DNA of 40,336 nucleotides from a virus (Duplodnaviria; Caudoviricetes), in IMG/VR virus record IMGVR_UViG_3300048563_000113, positions 1 to 40,336 of that record; one strand, written 5' to 3'. Below the pieces are notes generated by a model, which was not told the DNA's origin, made no database searches, and worked only from the letters and a program-made list of their open reading frames with translations. Within the stretch, counting starts at the first letter, position 1; the number at the start of each line of letters is the position of its first letter. The translations under genes and the position numbers were made by a program. Positions 32,190 to 40,336 of the stretch are shown here, one piece after another.

Positions 32190-32480
32190 TCAGGCGAGGC
32201 GATAGCGGTAGAGGTTGCGCCGGCCGCTGCGCTCGATGCGGCCTTGCGCGACCATGTACGAGATCAGGCTGCTGACCTTGCCGGGATGGCAGCCGGGGGC
32301 GCGTTCGAGGATCTCGGCCAGGCTGTGCTCGCAACCGTCACCAAGGGCCAGCAGGATGCGCTGGCGCACGGGGATGCCGCCGGGCCGCTCCCGGCGCCAG
32401 CGCTGGGCGGCGAGCCGCTGCTCGCGGCGCATTGCCAGATTGGCGTCGATGACCTGGTCGGCTATGGAGGGCAGGTTCAT
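32190..32480 (-). CDS. Winged-helix protein
   Basis: RILLAL...VSSLISYMVAQGRIERSG...YRYRL. Confidence 0.7.
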   Translation of the reverse strand: MNLPSIADQVIDANLAMRREQRLAAQRWRRERPGGIPVRQRILLALGDGCEHSLAEILERAPGCHPGKVSSLISYMVAQGRIERSGRRNLYRYRLA

Positions 32481-32827
32481 ATGGCGTACCCCAAGCGCTC
32501 AAGCCGGCCGAGGATGCGGGCGGTGAGGATGCCGACGGCGGTGGCGATCGGCTCCTCGTCGCCCCCCCCCAGCTTGTGCAGGACGGCGTGCGTCACCTCG
32601 TGCGGCACCAGTTCGGTGAGCCGGCCGTTGCCGGCCAGCGCGATGGTGCCGCCGTGTCGCGCGGACTGACTTTTCGTCGGCGCGAAGTAGGCGTGGATGT
32701 AGAGCCCGTCGCGTCGGGGCCGACCGCCACGGTATTCACGGTCGACGTCCCGATCGGTGGGCAGCAGCCGCACGCGCAGGCGGATGCCGGCGTGGGCGAC
32801 GGTAAAGGTTTCGAGGGCGCGGCTCAC
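32477..32827 (-). CDS. Minimal HExxH zinc-metallopeptidase-like protein
   Basis: LVPHEVTHAVLH...DEEPIA; GTGA overlap, start 32827. Confidence 0.65.
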   Translation of the reverse strand: MSRALETFTVAHAGIRLRVRLLPTDRDVDREYRGGRPRRDGLYIHAYFAPTKSQSARHGGTIALAGNGRLTELVPHEVTHAVLHKLGGGDEEPIATAVGILTARILGRLERLGYAI

Positions 32828-33471
32828 GCGGCTTCCCGCAGCAGCGAGCGATCGAGGTAGTCGAGCAGCGCGCGCGTGTCGTCGGGCGGCAGCTCGGCCA
32901 GGCTGCCGTCGCGCAACCGCAGCACCAGGGAGCCGTCGCTGAAAACGCCGCAGCGGAAGTCGCAGCCGGGCTGCGCCCCGCAGGAAGCATCCTTGGGGTG
33001 CTCCGCTTTCCACGGCACCTCGACGACGGGCAGGGTTTTTGCGGTTTTCTGCCGCCCTTTCGCGGCGGCGCGCAGCAGCCGTCCGGTGGCCTTGGTGCGG
33101 CTCGTGCCGCGCGGGTGGGGCTTGGCAGGCTTCGCGGGTTTGCGCGGCTTGCGGGCGGGTTTGGCTGCTTCCTGGGCCGGCTTATCCGTTGCGGAGGTGG
33201 CGGCGCGCGCCGGCTTCGGCTCGCGCCACGTCATCGGCTTGCCGCCACCCGAGAGGCGGTATTCCTTCTGCGGCGTTCCGCCCGGCGTGACGACATCGCA
33301 GACGACGAGCACGCCATTTTCAACGGCGGCGGCGAGCGAGCCGCAGACATTCTTCGCCTCGATGCCGATCTCAGCGGCGATCTCCTTGCTGCGCGCGCTG
33401 CCGCCGTTCTTGCGGATAAAGTCGAGGGCATGCTCGGCGGCGCTGCCCGGACGCGGAGTGTAGTCGCTCAT
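32824..33471 (-). CDS. wHTH protein with a Lys/Pro/Ala-rich linker
   Basis: ALDFIRKNGGSARSKEIAAEIG...; basic linker; C-terminal FRCGVFSDGSLVL domain; start 33471. Confidence 0.7.
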   Translation of the reverse strand: MSDYTPRPGSAAEHALDFIRKNGGSARSKEIAAEIGIEAKNVCGSLAAAVENGVLVVCDVVTPGGTPQKEYRLSGGGKPMTWREPKPARAATSATDKPAQEAAKPARKPRKPAKPAKPHPRGTSRTKATGRLLRAAAKGRQKTAKTLPVVEVPWKAEHPKDASCGAQPGCDFRCGVFSDGSLVLRLRDGSLAELPPDDTRALLDYLDRSLLREAA

Positions 33472-33472
33472 C

Positions 33473-33877
33473 TCAGTTCTCCTTCTGGATGTAGGGGCCG
33501 ACGGGCTTCGCCTTGCACTCCCAACGCTTGCCGTCGAGCACCCACTCGCGGTCGCCGCGAATGCAGGCGGTGACCCAGTCCTCGTAGTACTCGATGTCGG
33601 TGCGGGCGAGCCGCAGCCGTTCCGCCAGGTCGTCGGCCAGGGCCGCGCGGTAGGCGAGGCTGTCCGCCTTCGCCTCCAGTTCGGCGGCGCGCTCGGCCTC
33701 GTAGTCGAGCCGGCCGACGATGCCGAAGAGCACGATGAGGCCGGCGGCGAGGCCGATGCCCTGCATGGCGGGAGCAAGTTCCTTCAGGCCCGGACGTATG
33801 GCGCGCCAGCGCATTCCGACGGCCAGGCGCAAGCGCTCGATGAGTGTTGGCGTGATGCGCAGGTGTTTCGATTTCAT
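33473..33877 (-). CDS. Membrane-associated hypothetical protein
   Basis: TM segment GIGLAAGLIVLFGIVG followed by coiled coil. Confidence 0.7.
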   Translation of the reverse strand: MKSKHLRITPTLIERLRLAVGMRWRAIRPGLKELAPAMQGIGLAAGLIVLFGIVGRLDYEAERAAELEAKADSLAYRAALADDLAERLRLARTDIEYYEDWVTACIRGDREWVLDGKRWECKAKPVGPYIQKEN

Positions 33878-34212
33878 GACGTGGCTCCTTTCAGGCGGGC
33901 ACCGATCTCACAGCCCTGGCAGGCGCGCCAGTGGCGCATCTCGCGCGGGCTGCTGGTGGGGGCGCGGCAGCCGTGGAACTCGCGGCACTGCGCGCGGGTG
34001 ATTTCGACGCCGAGATAGGGACACTCGACGCGGCCGAAAACGGCCATGACTTTGACGGCGAACTTGTCGGTGCGCGCCGGGTAGGTGTCCGAGCAAATCT
34101 GCGACACGGCCGTGCGGGAAACGTCCAGCCGATCGGCCACCGCCTGCTTGCTGGTGGCAGCCACGGCGCGCTCCAGCAGCACGCGCCACTCAGGGATATC
34201 GGTCACCGACAT
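33874..34212 (-). CDS. HTH plus Cys-rich regulator
   Basis: SKQAVADRLDVSRTAVSQI HTH; CPYLG...C...WRACQGC; start 34212. Confidence 0.8.
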   Translation of the reverse strand: MSVTDIPEWRVLLERAVAATSKQAVADRLDVSRTAVSQICSDTYPARTDKFAVKVMAVFGRVECPYLGVEITRAQCREFHGCRAPTSSPREMRHWRACQGCEIGARLKGATS

Positions 34213-34832
34213 GTGGCCTCCTGCGGGCGCTGCTTCGGCGCACGGTATATGTCGGCGGCGAGCGGCATCTGCTCCTCGCTGTTGCCGTCGTAGAGGGCGC
34301 CGTGACGCTGGCGCCAGACCGGGGCGATGGGGCCGGTGTCCTTCACCAGCCACCAGCGCACGCAGCCGTTGCTGCTCGGGTTGAGGCCGGGCTCGCGCAC
34401 GGGCATCTGCCGCACGTAGCCGGCGCGCGCCAGGGCGACCAGGTATTTGCGGACGTTGCTGCGCGGATCGCGCTCGCCGCCCTCGGCGACGCGCATGATG
34501 AGGTCGTCGACGGTGAGCTTCTTGCCGCTGCGCAGGGCGTTCCAGACACGCTGGCGCAGGCCGCGATCGCGCCGGCGGTGGCCGGTCTCGGGGCCGTTCG
34601 GGCCGGAGCGGATTTTGCGGCCGGCGGCGATCGCGGCGCGGCCGGCGGCGGTGAGCTTGTGGCAGCCCTGCCCGGTCTTGGTGAGGAAGCCGTGCTTGCG
34701 CAGCTTGAGGGCGGCGTGCTCGACCTGCGGGGGCGTGAGGCCGGTGATCTCGGCCATGCGCGCCTCGGTGATGCACTCGCGCGGCGCGGCCTGGCCTACG
34801 GCCGTTAAGAGCTGCTCGGCGGTCCAGGCCAT
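34203..34832 (-). CDS. Tandem winged-helix protein
   Basis: Two wHTH-like halves; RQRVWNALR...YLVALARAGYV...DTGPIAP. Confidence 0.8.
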   Translation of the reverse strand: MAWTAEQLLTAVGQAAPRECITEARMAEITGLTPPQVEHAALKLRKHGFLTKTGQGCHKLTAAGRAAIAAGRKIRSGPNGPETGHRRRDRGLRQRVWNALRSGKKLTVDDLIMRVAEGGERDPRSNVRKYLVALARAGYVRQMPVREPGLNPSSNGCVRWWLVKDTGPIAPVWRQRHGALYDGNSEEQMPLAADIYRAPKQRPQEATCR

Positions 34833-35087
34833 TTAACGGGCCTCCTTCGCCGCACTGGCCTGAATGGCCTTGCGATCTTCTTCTTCGCCGATGGCGGTGC
34901 CGATTGCCCGGCAGACATCGCTGTACGGCATCGACTTCATGCAGGTCAGGATGGCGTCTCGCCACCCTCGCGTTTCCGGGTCGGTGTGGTTTTCACTCAG
35001 CCAGCGAAAGCGCCCCGAATCGAGAGATAAAGCATCAATGTCTTCCTGATTCAGGCTGCCCGCCGGGCATTGTTGGCAATTGTTCAT
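34833..35087 (-). CDS. Hypothetical protein
   Basis: MNNCQQCP...DSGRFRWL; fills the gap after MuB. Confidence 0.6.
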   Translation of the reverse strand: MNNCQQCPAGSLNQEDIDALSLDSGRFRWLSENHTDPETRGWRDAILTCMKSMPYSDVCRAIGTAIGEEEDRKAIQASAAKEAR

Positions 35088-35088
35088 C

Positions 35089-35844
35089 TCACCGCCCTCC
35101 CGGCGCCGCACGCACGAGCTGCGGGCGGCGGCTCTGCCAGTCGTGGCAGAGCTCCTGGCCGGCGAGGTCGGCGAGCTTGACCTTCGGCAGCTTGTTGCGG
35201 CCGGCGTGCGCCTCGATGGTGGCGATGGCGTTGCAGATCGGCCGCATGAGGCCCTTCGCCTGGCGGTGCACTTCGGCCACCAGGTCGGCGGCGATCTCCA
35301 CGTCGGCGAGCTGGTGGCACACCAGGGCGGTGTCCTCCGGGTCGTTCGGCGCGAACTCGACCACCTGGGCGATGCGGCTGGCGATCTGCTTGAGCGATGG
35401 CCGCGCCAGTCGGCGCATCACGTCGTCGACGCCGGCGACCAGGATGGCGACGGTCTCGGTGAGGTCGGTGATGTCACGCAGCACCTCCAGCACGGCGGCG
35501 TTGTCGCGCATGGCGTGCTGCACCTCGTCGATGACGACGGGGGTCTGCTCGGCGCCGATGCGGGTGATGACGCTCTGGAAGCGCTGCTTGCCGCGCTGCG
35601 AGTCGTCGATCTTGAGCTGGCCGGCGAGTTCCGCCAGGAAGAAGCTCGGCGTCCATTGCTCCTTGCCGCGCAGGTAGATCGCGCCGGTCTGCGCGGCCCA
35701 CTTGTCGACGATGGTGCTCTTGCCGCGCGCCGGGTCGCCGGCGACCAGCAGCCAGCCGGCCTCCGGCGCGCCGCGCGCCTCGACGGCGCGGATGGCCGAC
35801 TGGAACCTCTCGTAGTTGCCCGTTTTGACGAAAACTTTTTTCAC
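35089..35844 (-). CDS. muB: MuB-like AAA+ transposition ATPase
   Basis: Walker A GDPARGKST, Walker B VVIDE, QIASRI; GTG start with AGGAG RBS. Confidence 0.9.
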   Translation of the reverse strand: MKKVFVKTGNYERFQSAIRAVEARGAPEAGWLLVAGDPARGKSTIVDKWAAQTGAIYLRGKEQWTPSFFLAELAGQLKIDDSQRGKQRFQSVITRIGAEQTPVVIDEVQHAMRDNAAVLEVLRDITDLTETVAILVAGVDDVMRRLARPSLKQIASRIAQVVEFAPNDPEDTALVCHQLADVEIAADLVAEVHRQAKGLMRPICNAIATIEAHAGRNKLPKVKLADLAGQELCHDWQSRRPQLVRAAPGGR

Positions 35845-35893
35845 CGATACACTCCTATTTGCATGTGTTGCGTCAAAGGCTGCGGGGGTGCTG

Positions 35894-38149
35894 TCACACT
35901 CCTGCAGCCGCTTCAAAATCCTCGATCAAGTCCCACGCCCTGCCCTTGTCCTGATCTGTCCAGGCGAGGCCGTCATGCTCGAATCTGATCAGCAGGTCCG
36001 CGTACTCGTCGCCGTGCACATAGCTGAGCAGCCATTCGGCGTCCTGGGCATCCCAGAGCTGGGGATGCCGCACGAGCCAGCGATACCGGTCGGGGTCTGT
36101 TCTGAACAGGGGGCGCACTTCGATGCCCGGCATGACCGTGACGCCGGCCGCCTCAAGGTCGTTCTTGACGGCAGCGATGTCCGACTTTTCCTGTTGCCTG
36201 CGCTCGGCGCGGTCGAGGGCGGCGAGGCCTCCAAAAGGCACCGATATCGTCGGTTGATGTTCCAGCAGGGCCGGCGCGGCCAGTTCGTCGCGGACTTCCT
36301 GCAGGTGCACCTCCAGCCTTCTCTCACGGGCCTGGGCGCGCTTCTCGGCGGCGCGGTCGATGACGCTCTGCGGGAAGTAGGCGCGCTTGTTGGCCTCGAA
36401 TTCGGCGGTGCAAATGAGCCGGCCTTCGAGGTCGCGCACCCAGACGCGGCTGGCGTCGTGGATGTCGTAGCCGACCTGCACCTGGTCGCCGTGGTGCTCT
36501 TCCAGCGCGCCGCTGAAATACAGGTTGTTGAAGAGGCGCACTTCGCCGCGAATGACCTTGGCGAGCTGGTAGGGGCGGAAGAGATCGTCGCGCTCGACGG
36601 TGGTGGGCAGCACGGGCGACCAGCCGCCGGCAATGGCTGCGTCCCAGGCGTCGTTCGGCGACATGTGGCGCAGCTTGCCGGTGGCGGCGTCGCGGATCTT
36701 CGGGAGGGAGCGGTGCGGGCGGGCGTTGTAGGCGTCGACCTTCTCCTGGCACCAGCGCAGGAAGTCGGCCCAGGGCATGAGGAGCGGCGATGCGCCGGCG
36801 GCCTTGATGTGGGCGCGGGTGAGCTTGAAAACCTTCTGTCTGGCCTCGCGATCCATCGCCGCGCCCATGTAGGTGGGCAGCTCCTTGGCGGCACGCACCC
36901 AGATGGTCTGGTGGGCGCGCTCGATGATGCCGCGCGCCTGGGAGTTGTAGGGCAGCGAGTGGGTGATCTCGTAGCCGACGCGATCGGCGAAGCCGATCAC
37001 TTCCTGCGACTGACAGGCGTTCTTGTAGCCGGAGCCGTTGTCGACGTAAAACAGCGCCGGGATGCCGCAGGTCTCGACGGCGTAACGCATGGCGTCCATC
37101 ACCGCCCAGGTGGATTCGGCCAGCCCGGCCGACCAGCCGACGCACTTGCGCGTGGCGACATCGAGCACCGGCGTCATTTCAGGACGGAAGGCCTTGCCGT
37201 GCGCCGGATGGGCGGTCTCGGAGTCGAGAGTGTGACCGTCTGCGGTGTAGCAGTCGCCGGGATTCATGTGGTCGGTCGAGCGGCGCACGAAGGGCCGAAG
37301 GGCCTTCAGCTCGCGCGGCAGACGCCGGCCGCGTTCGCGCTCGACGTTGCCGAGCTTGTCGATGAAACGGCGCGCGGCGGAATAACTGGGCGGCGCGATG
37401 CCGGCGGGCGCTTCCTCGGCCCATTTCTCCAGGCACCAGGCGAGGCTGACGCCCTGCGGGCGGGCGCGAAGCTTCATGAGGGCTGGCGCCCAGGCCGGGA
37501 TGATGAGTTTCTCGGCGTCGCGCGGGGCGAGCGCGGCGAAGCCGGCCTTGGCGTCGCCCAACCAGCGGTAGAGCGAGCGGCGCGACAGGGTGCGTTTGCC
37601 GTCCTTGCCGGCCTTGCTGTTGGCGATTGGCACCAGCCGCTGCAGGTGCTCGGGCAGGCCGCCCTCCGAGGCCAGGCGCACCAGCGTCTGGATCGCGCTC
37701 TCGGTGCCGACGGATGCGCCGATGCGCCGCACTTCGGCCAGCAGGGAGTTGCGCGCGGTGGCCACCTCGCGCTGCCAGTCCTTCAGCGCGCCAGGGGCGG
37801 GAATAGAAAGGCCGGCGGACGGGGAAAGGGAGGGAACCCCGCCGCCGGAAAAGCCCGCGTCAGACCGGCTCAAGCCCGGCGCAAGCGCCACCGCCGGCGT
37901 CAGGGAGTGCGCGCCGGCAGAGGAGGAGACATCGTTGTGGAGGAGCTTGGATATGAGGGCCTGGCGGGCTTCGTTGGGCAGGCTGGTGGCCTGATATTCG
38001 CGGCGGGTGCCATTCTTCCCGCGCGCCGCGACCTCGACGAAGGCCCAGCCTTCGCGCTCCGCCCGCGTGCGCATGTTCTGCTCTGATGCGGGCAGGCCGG
38101 GGAGCTTCATGTCCGCCAGCTCGGCGGCCGAAAAATGCATCCTGCTCAT
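35894..38149 (-). CDS. muA: MuA-like DDE transposase
   Basis: N-terminal Mu HTH (SAAEL..LPGLP...AEREGW); DDE motifs YTADGH, YVDNGSGY, GIIER; Mu C-terminal domain. Confidence 0.95.
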   Translation of the reverse strand: MSRMHFSAAELADMKLPGLPASEQNMRTRAEREGWAFVEVAARGKNGTRREYQATSLPNEARQALISKLLHNDVSSSAGAHSLTPAVALAPGLSRSDAGFSGGGVPSLSPSAGLSIPAPGALKDWQREVATARNSLLAEVRRIGASVGTESAIQTLVRLASEGGLPEHLQRLVPIANSKAGKDGKRTLSRRSLYRWLGDAKAGFAALAPRDAEKLIIPAWAPALMKLRARPQGVSLAWCLEKWAEEAPAGIAPPSYSAARRFIDKLGNVERERGRRLPRELKALRPFVRRSTDHMNPGDCYTADGHTLDSETAHPAHGKAFRPEMTPVLDVATRKCVGWSAGLAESTWAVMDAMRYAVETCGIPALFYVDNGSGYKNACQSQEVIGFADRVGYEITHSLPYNSQARGIIERAHQTIWVRAAKELPTYMGAAMDREARQKVFKLTRAHIKAAGASPLLMPWADFLRWCQEKVDAYNARPHRSLPKIRDAATGKLRHMSPNDAWDAAIAGGWSPVLPTTVERDDLFRPYQLAKVIRGEVRLFNNLYFSGALEEHHGDQVQVGYDIHDASRVWVRDLEGRLICTAEFEANKRAYFPQSVIDRAAEKRAQARERRLEVHLQEVRDELAAPALLEHQPTISVPFGGLAALDRAERRQQEKSDIAAVKNDLEAAGVTVMPGIEVRPLFRTDPDRYRWLVRHPQLWDAQDAEWLLSYVHGDEYADLLIRFEHDGLAWTDQDKGRAWDLIEDFEAAAGV

Positions 38150-38595
38150 GCCCGCGCCCCCTTGGATTTCAGGATCACCTGCAGGGCGCGCTTGCGCTCG
38201 GCGAGATCCTTCTCTTCCTGATGAATGCGGCCGAGTTCGATGTAGGCGGCTTCGTCGGCGGTGATGACGCGGCGCGCTCCCCTCTTGTGGGCATAGAGGC
38301 CGAGGAGCGCGTCCTCGCCGATTGCGGCATCGAAGGCCATCGCGCGGACGAGGCTGATATCGCGCTCGGGGTGCGACGGGGCGGTGTAGCCGTTGAGCGT
38401 GGCGACGGAGAATTTCTCGCCCAGGTTCCAGGCCATGCGGCTGGCAACCTGATCGCGCGAAAACCCGTTCTTGCGGACCCGCTCAAGCGCCTCGGACATG
38501 GTGGCGGCGATCTCGATACGGCAGCCAAGCGTACCGGGGCGCTGCGGTTCGGCATCGAACAGGCTGGCGGTGAGGATGTCGCGTGGGCGGTTCAT
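38146..38595 (-). CDS. Conserved Mu-like early protein (HTH-like)
   Basis: Between ner and the transposase; SRDQVASRM...TLNGYTAPS. Confidence 0.75.
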   Translation of the reverse strand: MNRPRDILTASLFDAEPQRPGTLGCRIEIAATMSEALERVRKNGFSRDQVASRMAWNLGEKFSVATLNGYTAPSHPERDISLVRAMAFDAAIGEDALLGLYAHKRGARRVITADEAAYIELGRIHQEEKDLAERKRALQVILKSKGARA

Positions 38596-38596
38596 G

Positions 38597-38929
38597 TCAG
38601 GCCGCCCTGCGCAGTTTGACGTTCCGACCTGTCACGGCTGCGCTATGCTTCGACTTGTGGCGTCCGATAGCGCGGTCGCCGCGCCCGCTCCTTGGGGTGC
38701 CGTCCTCGTTGTAGCGCGATGGCCAGATGTTCTGTGGCTGCAGGCCGAGGGCGCCGGCAATAATTCGCTCGGCCTTTGGCCAGGGCCTATGAAGCGCGAA
38801 ATTGATGCTGCCGTGGGCGTAGCCGTTGGTGCGCGCCAGGCGCTGCAGGCTGGTGCCGATCTTCCACAAAGCGGCAACTATGTCGGCTTTGTGCCAGTCC
38901 GTTTGGGCTGGTTTTTTTGGGGTGTCCAT
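38597..38929 (-). CDS. ner: Ner-like DNA-binding regulator
   Basis: DWHKADIVAAL...GTSL..LA...RPWPKAERIIA.ALG..P..IWPSRY. Confidence 0.92.
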   Translation of the reverse strand: MDTPKKPAQTDWHKADIVAALWKIGTSLQRLARTNGYAHGSINFALHRPWPKAERIIAGALGLQPQNIWPSRYNEDGTPRSGRGDRAIGRHKSKHSAAVTGRNVKLRRAA

Positions 38930-38958
38930 TCAACGGCTCCGTTTAGACATCGGGGCCG

Positions 38959-38987
38959 ATTTTGGGCAAACCGAATTCGATTGTCAA
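38959..38987 (-). promoter_or_regulatory. Early promoter Pe
   Basis: TTGACA(38987-82), 17 nt, CAAAAT(38964-59) upstream of ner. Confidence 0.8.
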
Positions 38988-39099
38988 TACATTCGAATTC
39001 GGTTTTTAGTGAAAATCAATAAGTCATTGTTAATAAATATGTTTGTGCTGTAATGAATTCGAATGCTCAGCATTCGAATTAGAGAGTCGAATTCGAATG
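38968..39099. promoter_or_regulatory. Operator array (CGAATTCGAAT-type half sites)
   Basis: 13-bp inverted repeat 38968-80/38993-39005 bracketing the Pe -35; 12-bp inverted repeat 39056-67/39069-80; a further copy at 39088-99. Confidence 0.75.
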
Positions 39100-39810
39100 A
39101 TGAAAACTTTTGCCGATCGCCTACGTCAAGTTATCGGTGACGAGGACTACACGCCTTGGGCGCAAGTGCGTGGCTTGTCGCCTTCTACGGTCGAGGGGTG
39201 GCTGAACAAAGGGCTTGCCCCCTATAAGAAGTCACTGGGGAAGCTGGTGGCCGCTACGGGCATTCCCGTCGAGTGGTGGGAGAGCGGAGAAGGTGAGCCG
39301 CCGGTCAATCAAGCCTTGAAGGCGATGGCTGGATTCAGCGGAGAACACAAGCCGTCATCGCATCGCGTAGTGGAACCTCGCGCGGGATATGTGGCCATTC
39401 CTCTCTATAACGGTGTGCGGGCTGCAGCCGGCGCAGGAGCCATCGTGGCCCACGAGGTGTCAGACGACGCGCTCATGTTCCAAGAGGAGTGGGTTCGCTT
39501 CGAGCTGGGCGCGCGGCCGCAGGATCTCTACCTCATCCGCGTCGCTGGCGATTCGATGGAGCCGACGCTGCGATCCGGTGACGCAATCCTGGTAGATCGC
39601 CGCGCCACGCGCCCTGACAGGGAGGGCGTCTATATCATGCGCATGAACAACATGCTGCTGGTAAAGCGCCTGCAGGCCCTACCTGGTGGCCGAGTTCGCG
39701 TCACCAGCGACAACCCGGCCTTCGCACCTTTCGACGTTGCCGTGCCCGACCTGCAGGGCGACGATATCGCCATCATCGGCCGCGTCGTCTGGGTCGGTCG
39801 CAGGCTTTGA
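39097..39810 (+). CDS. Prophage repressor (HTH plus S24 LexA/CI autopeptidase)
   Basis: N-terminal HTH; AAAGAG cleavage loop, GDSMEP serine, VKRL lysine, IIGRVVW; divergent from ner. Confidence 0.92.
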   Translation: MMKTFADRLRQVIGDEDYTPWAQVRGLSPSTVEGWLNKGLAPYKKSLGKLVAATGIPVEWWESGEGEPPVNQALKAMAGFSGEHKPSSHRVVEPRAGYVAIPLYNGVRAAAGAGAIVAHEVSDDALMFQEEWVRFELGARPQDLYLIRVAGDSMEPTLRSGDAILVDRRATRPDREGVYIMRMNNMLLVKRLQALPGGRVRVTSDNPAFAPFDVAVPDLQGDDIAIIGRVVWVGRRL

Positions 39811-39861
39811 TCGTCCGAGTTCGCATCGTTACAACCATGCGAATTCGAACGCCGCTCAATC

Positions 39862-40024
39862 AGTGCCAAATGAAGCGCAAAATTGCGCGGTTCGCGCGCA
39901 GAATCGAGCGGTAAGTGCCAAATCGCTGGCCGCTCTCGGATCGCACGTAACTCCGCGCCGACATTGAATCTTCCCGCTTTGTCCCGGCTCAACCCGCTAG
40001 TGCCAAATGAACCGTCCCCCCACA
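39862..40024 (-). repeat. Phage left end with transposase binding boxes
   Basis: AGTGCCAAAT(GAA) at 39862-74, 39914-23 and 39999-40011; the minus strand starts TGTGGGGGGACGGTTCATTTGGCAC at 40024. Confidence 0.8.
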
Positions 40025-40035
40025 CTTGGCCACCA
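40025..40035 (+). tRNA. 3'-terminal fragment of a tRNA gene (probably tRNA-Phe)
   Basis: CTTGGCC-A-CCA fits a 7-nt acceptor strand, discriminator and CCA, and a terminator follows. Only 11 nt are visible. Confidence 0.55.
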
Positions 40036-40046
40036 AATTCATCAAG

Positions 40047-40077
40047 ACGGCCCGCAGCTTTGCGGGCCGTTTCTTTT
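40047..40077 (+). terminator. Host intrinsic terminator
   Basis: ACGGCCCGCA-GCTT-TGCGGGCCGT-TTCTTTT. Confidence 0.85.
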
Positions 40078-40086
40078 CCCTGATCG

Positions 40087-40130
40087 TTGATCTGCGTCAG
40101 TCCTTTGTTCCAGGGGCCTAATGCTATAAT
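40087..40130 (+). promoter_or_regulatory. hemA promoter with an FNR/Anr/Dnr-like box
   Basis: TTGATCTGCGTCAG (8/10 to TTGAT-N4-ATCAA) at 40087-40100; extended -10 TGCTATAAT at 40122-40130. Confidence 0.6.
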
Positions 40131-40162
40131 TTCCTTGGAAAATTCCGACGCAGCCGCCCCCC

Positions 40163-40336
40163 ATGCAGCTATATGCCCTAGGCCTCAACCACCATACCGC
40201 GCCGCTTGCCGTGCGCGAACAGGTGGCGTTCGACCCGCTGCGACTGCCGCAGGCGCTGGTCGAACTGACGCATGGCCGCGAGGTGCGCGAGGCGGCGATC
40301 CTGTCGACCTGCAACCGCACCGAGCTGTATTGCGCG
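40163..40336 (+). CDS. hemA: Glutamyl-tRNA reductase (5' part, truncated by the window)
   Basis: [23 protein letters not shown]...[14 protein letters not shown]. Confidence 0.95.
   Translation, partial: MQLYALGLNHHTAPLAVREQVAFDPLRLPQALVELTHGREVREAAILSTCNRTELYCA

Larger units (their letters stand above)
1..40024 (-). mobile_element. Mu-like transposable prophage (siphovirus-type tail); right end outside the window
   Basis: Mu gene order: repressor/ner, DDE transposase, AAA+ MuB, gam, gemA, mor, lysis, gp25-gp30-like, gpG, protease I, capsid, gp36/37, tail, com-MTase. Terminal TGTG at 40024 with repeated boxes, and host hemA beyond it. No tail sheath gene seen. Confidence 0.95.

Noticed and set aside
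39043-39096. N-terminal extension of the repressor in the ORF track
   Set aside because: It lies over operator palindromes; ATG 39097/39100 gives a normal HTH start.
38968-39099. CRISPR array or restriction-site cluster (GAATTC repeats)
   Set aside because: Repeats are short inverted pairs over promoters with no regular spacers, which fits operators.

Overview
Positions 1 to about 40024 are a nearly complete Mu-like (transposable) prophage with a sheath-less, siphovirus-type tail, in a high-GC proteobacterial host (probably beta-proteobacterial; inference). The phage lies on the minus strand. Reading from the right: left end (TGTGGGGGG..., three GTGCCAAAT boxes), S24 repressor (+ strand), Ner, MuA, MuB, early accessory genes (Gam, DUF550, DUF4406, an HExxH protein), GemA, a Mor/C activator, an atypical lysis cassette (amidase plus alpha/beta hydrolase, no visible holin or spanin), acb2, terminase, portal and head genes, a fibre module with a tandem paralog pair, tail genes, and com plus a DNA methyltransferase. 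The phage right end lies left of position 1 and is not visible. Host DNA after 40024 is the last 11 nt of a probable tRNA(Phe) gene, its terminator and the start of hemA. The strongest leads are: (i) a moron between gpG and the head protease with divergent sigma70 promoters, a C4/CI-type antisense RNA and three small unknown ORFs; (ii) insertion of the prophage exactly at a tRNA acceptor stem; (iii) a LysB-like esterase where holin and spanins normally sit; (iv) RNA structures around com, the methyltransferase and ORF1 (antisense sRNA, start-sequestering hairpin, H-type pseudoknot); (v) a recombination-ready tandem fibre duplication. All family calls come from reading motifs by eye; no searches were run.
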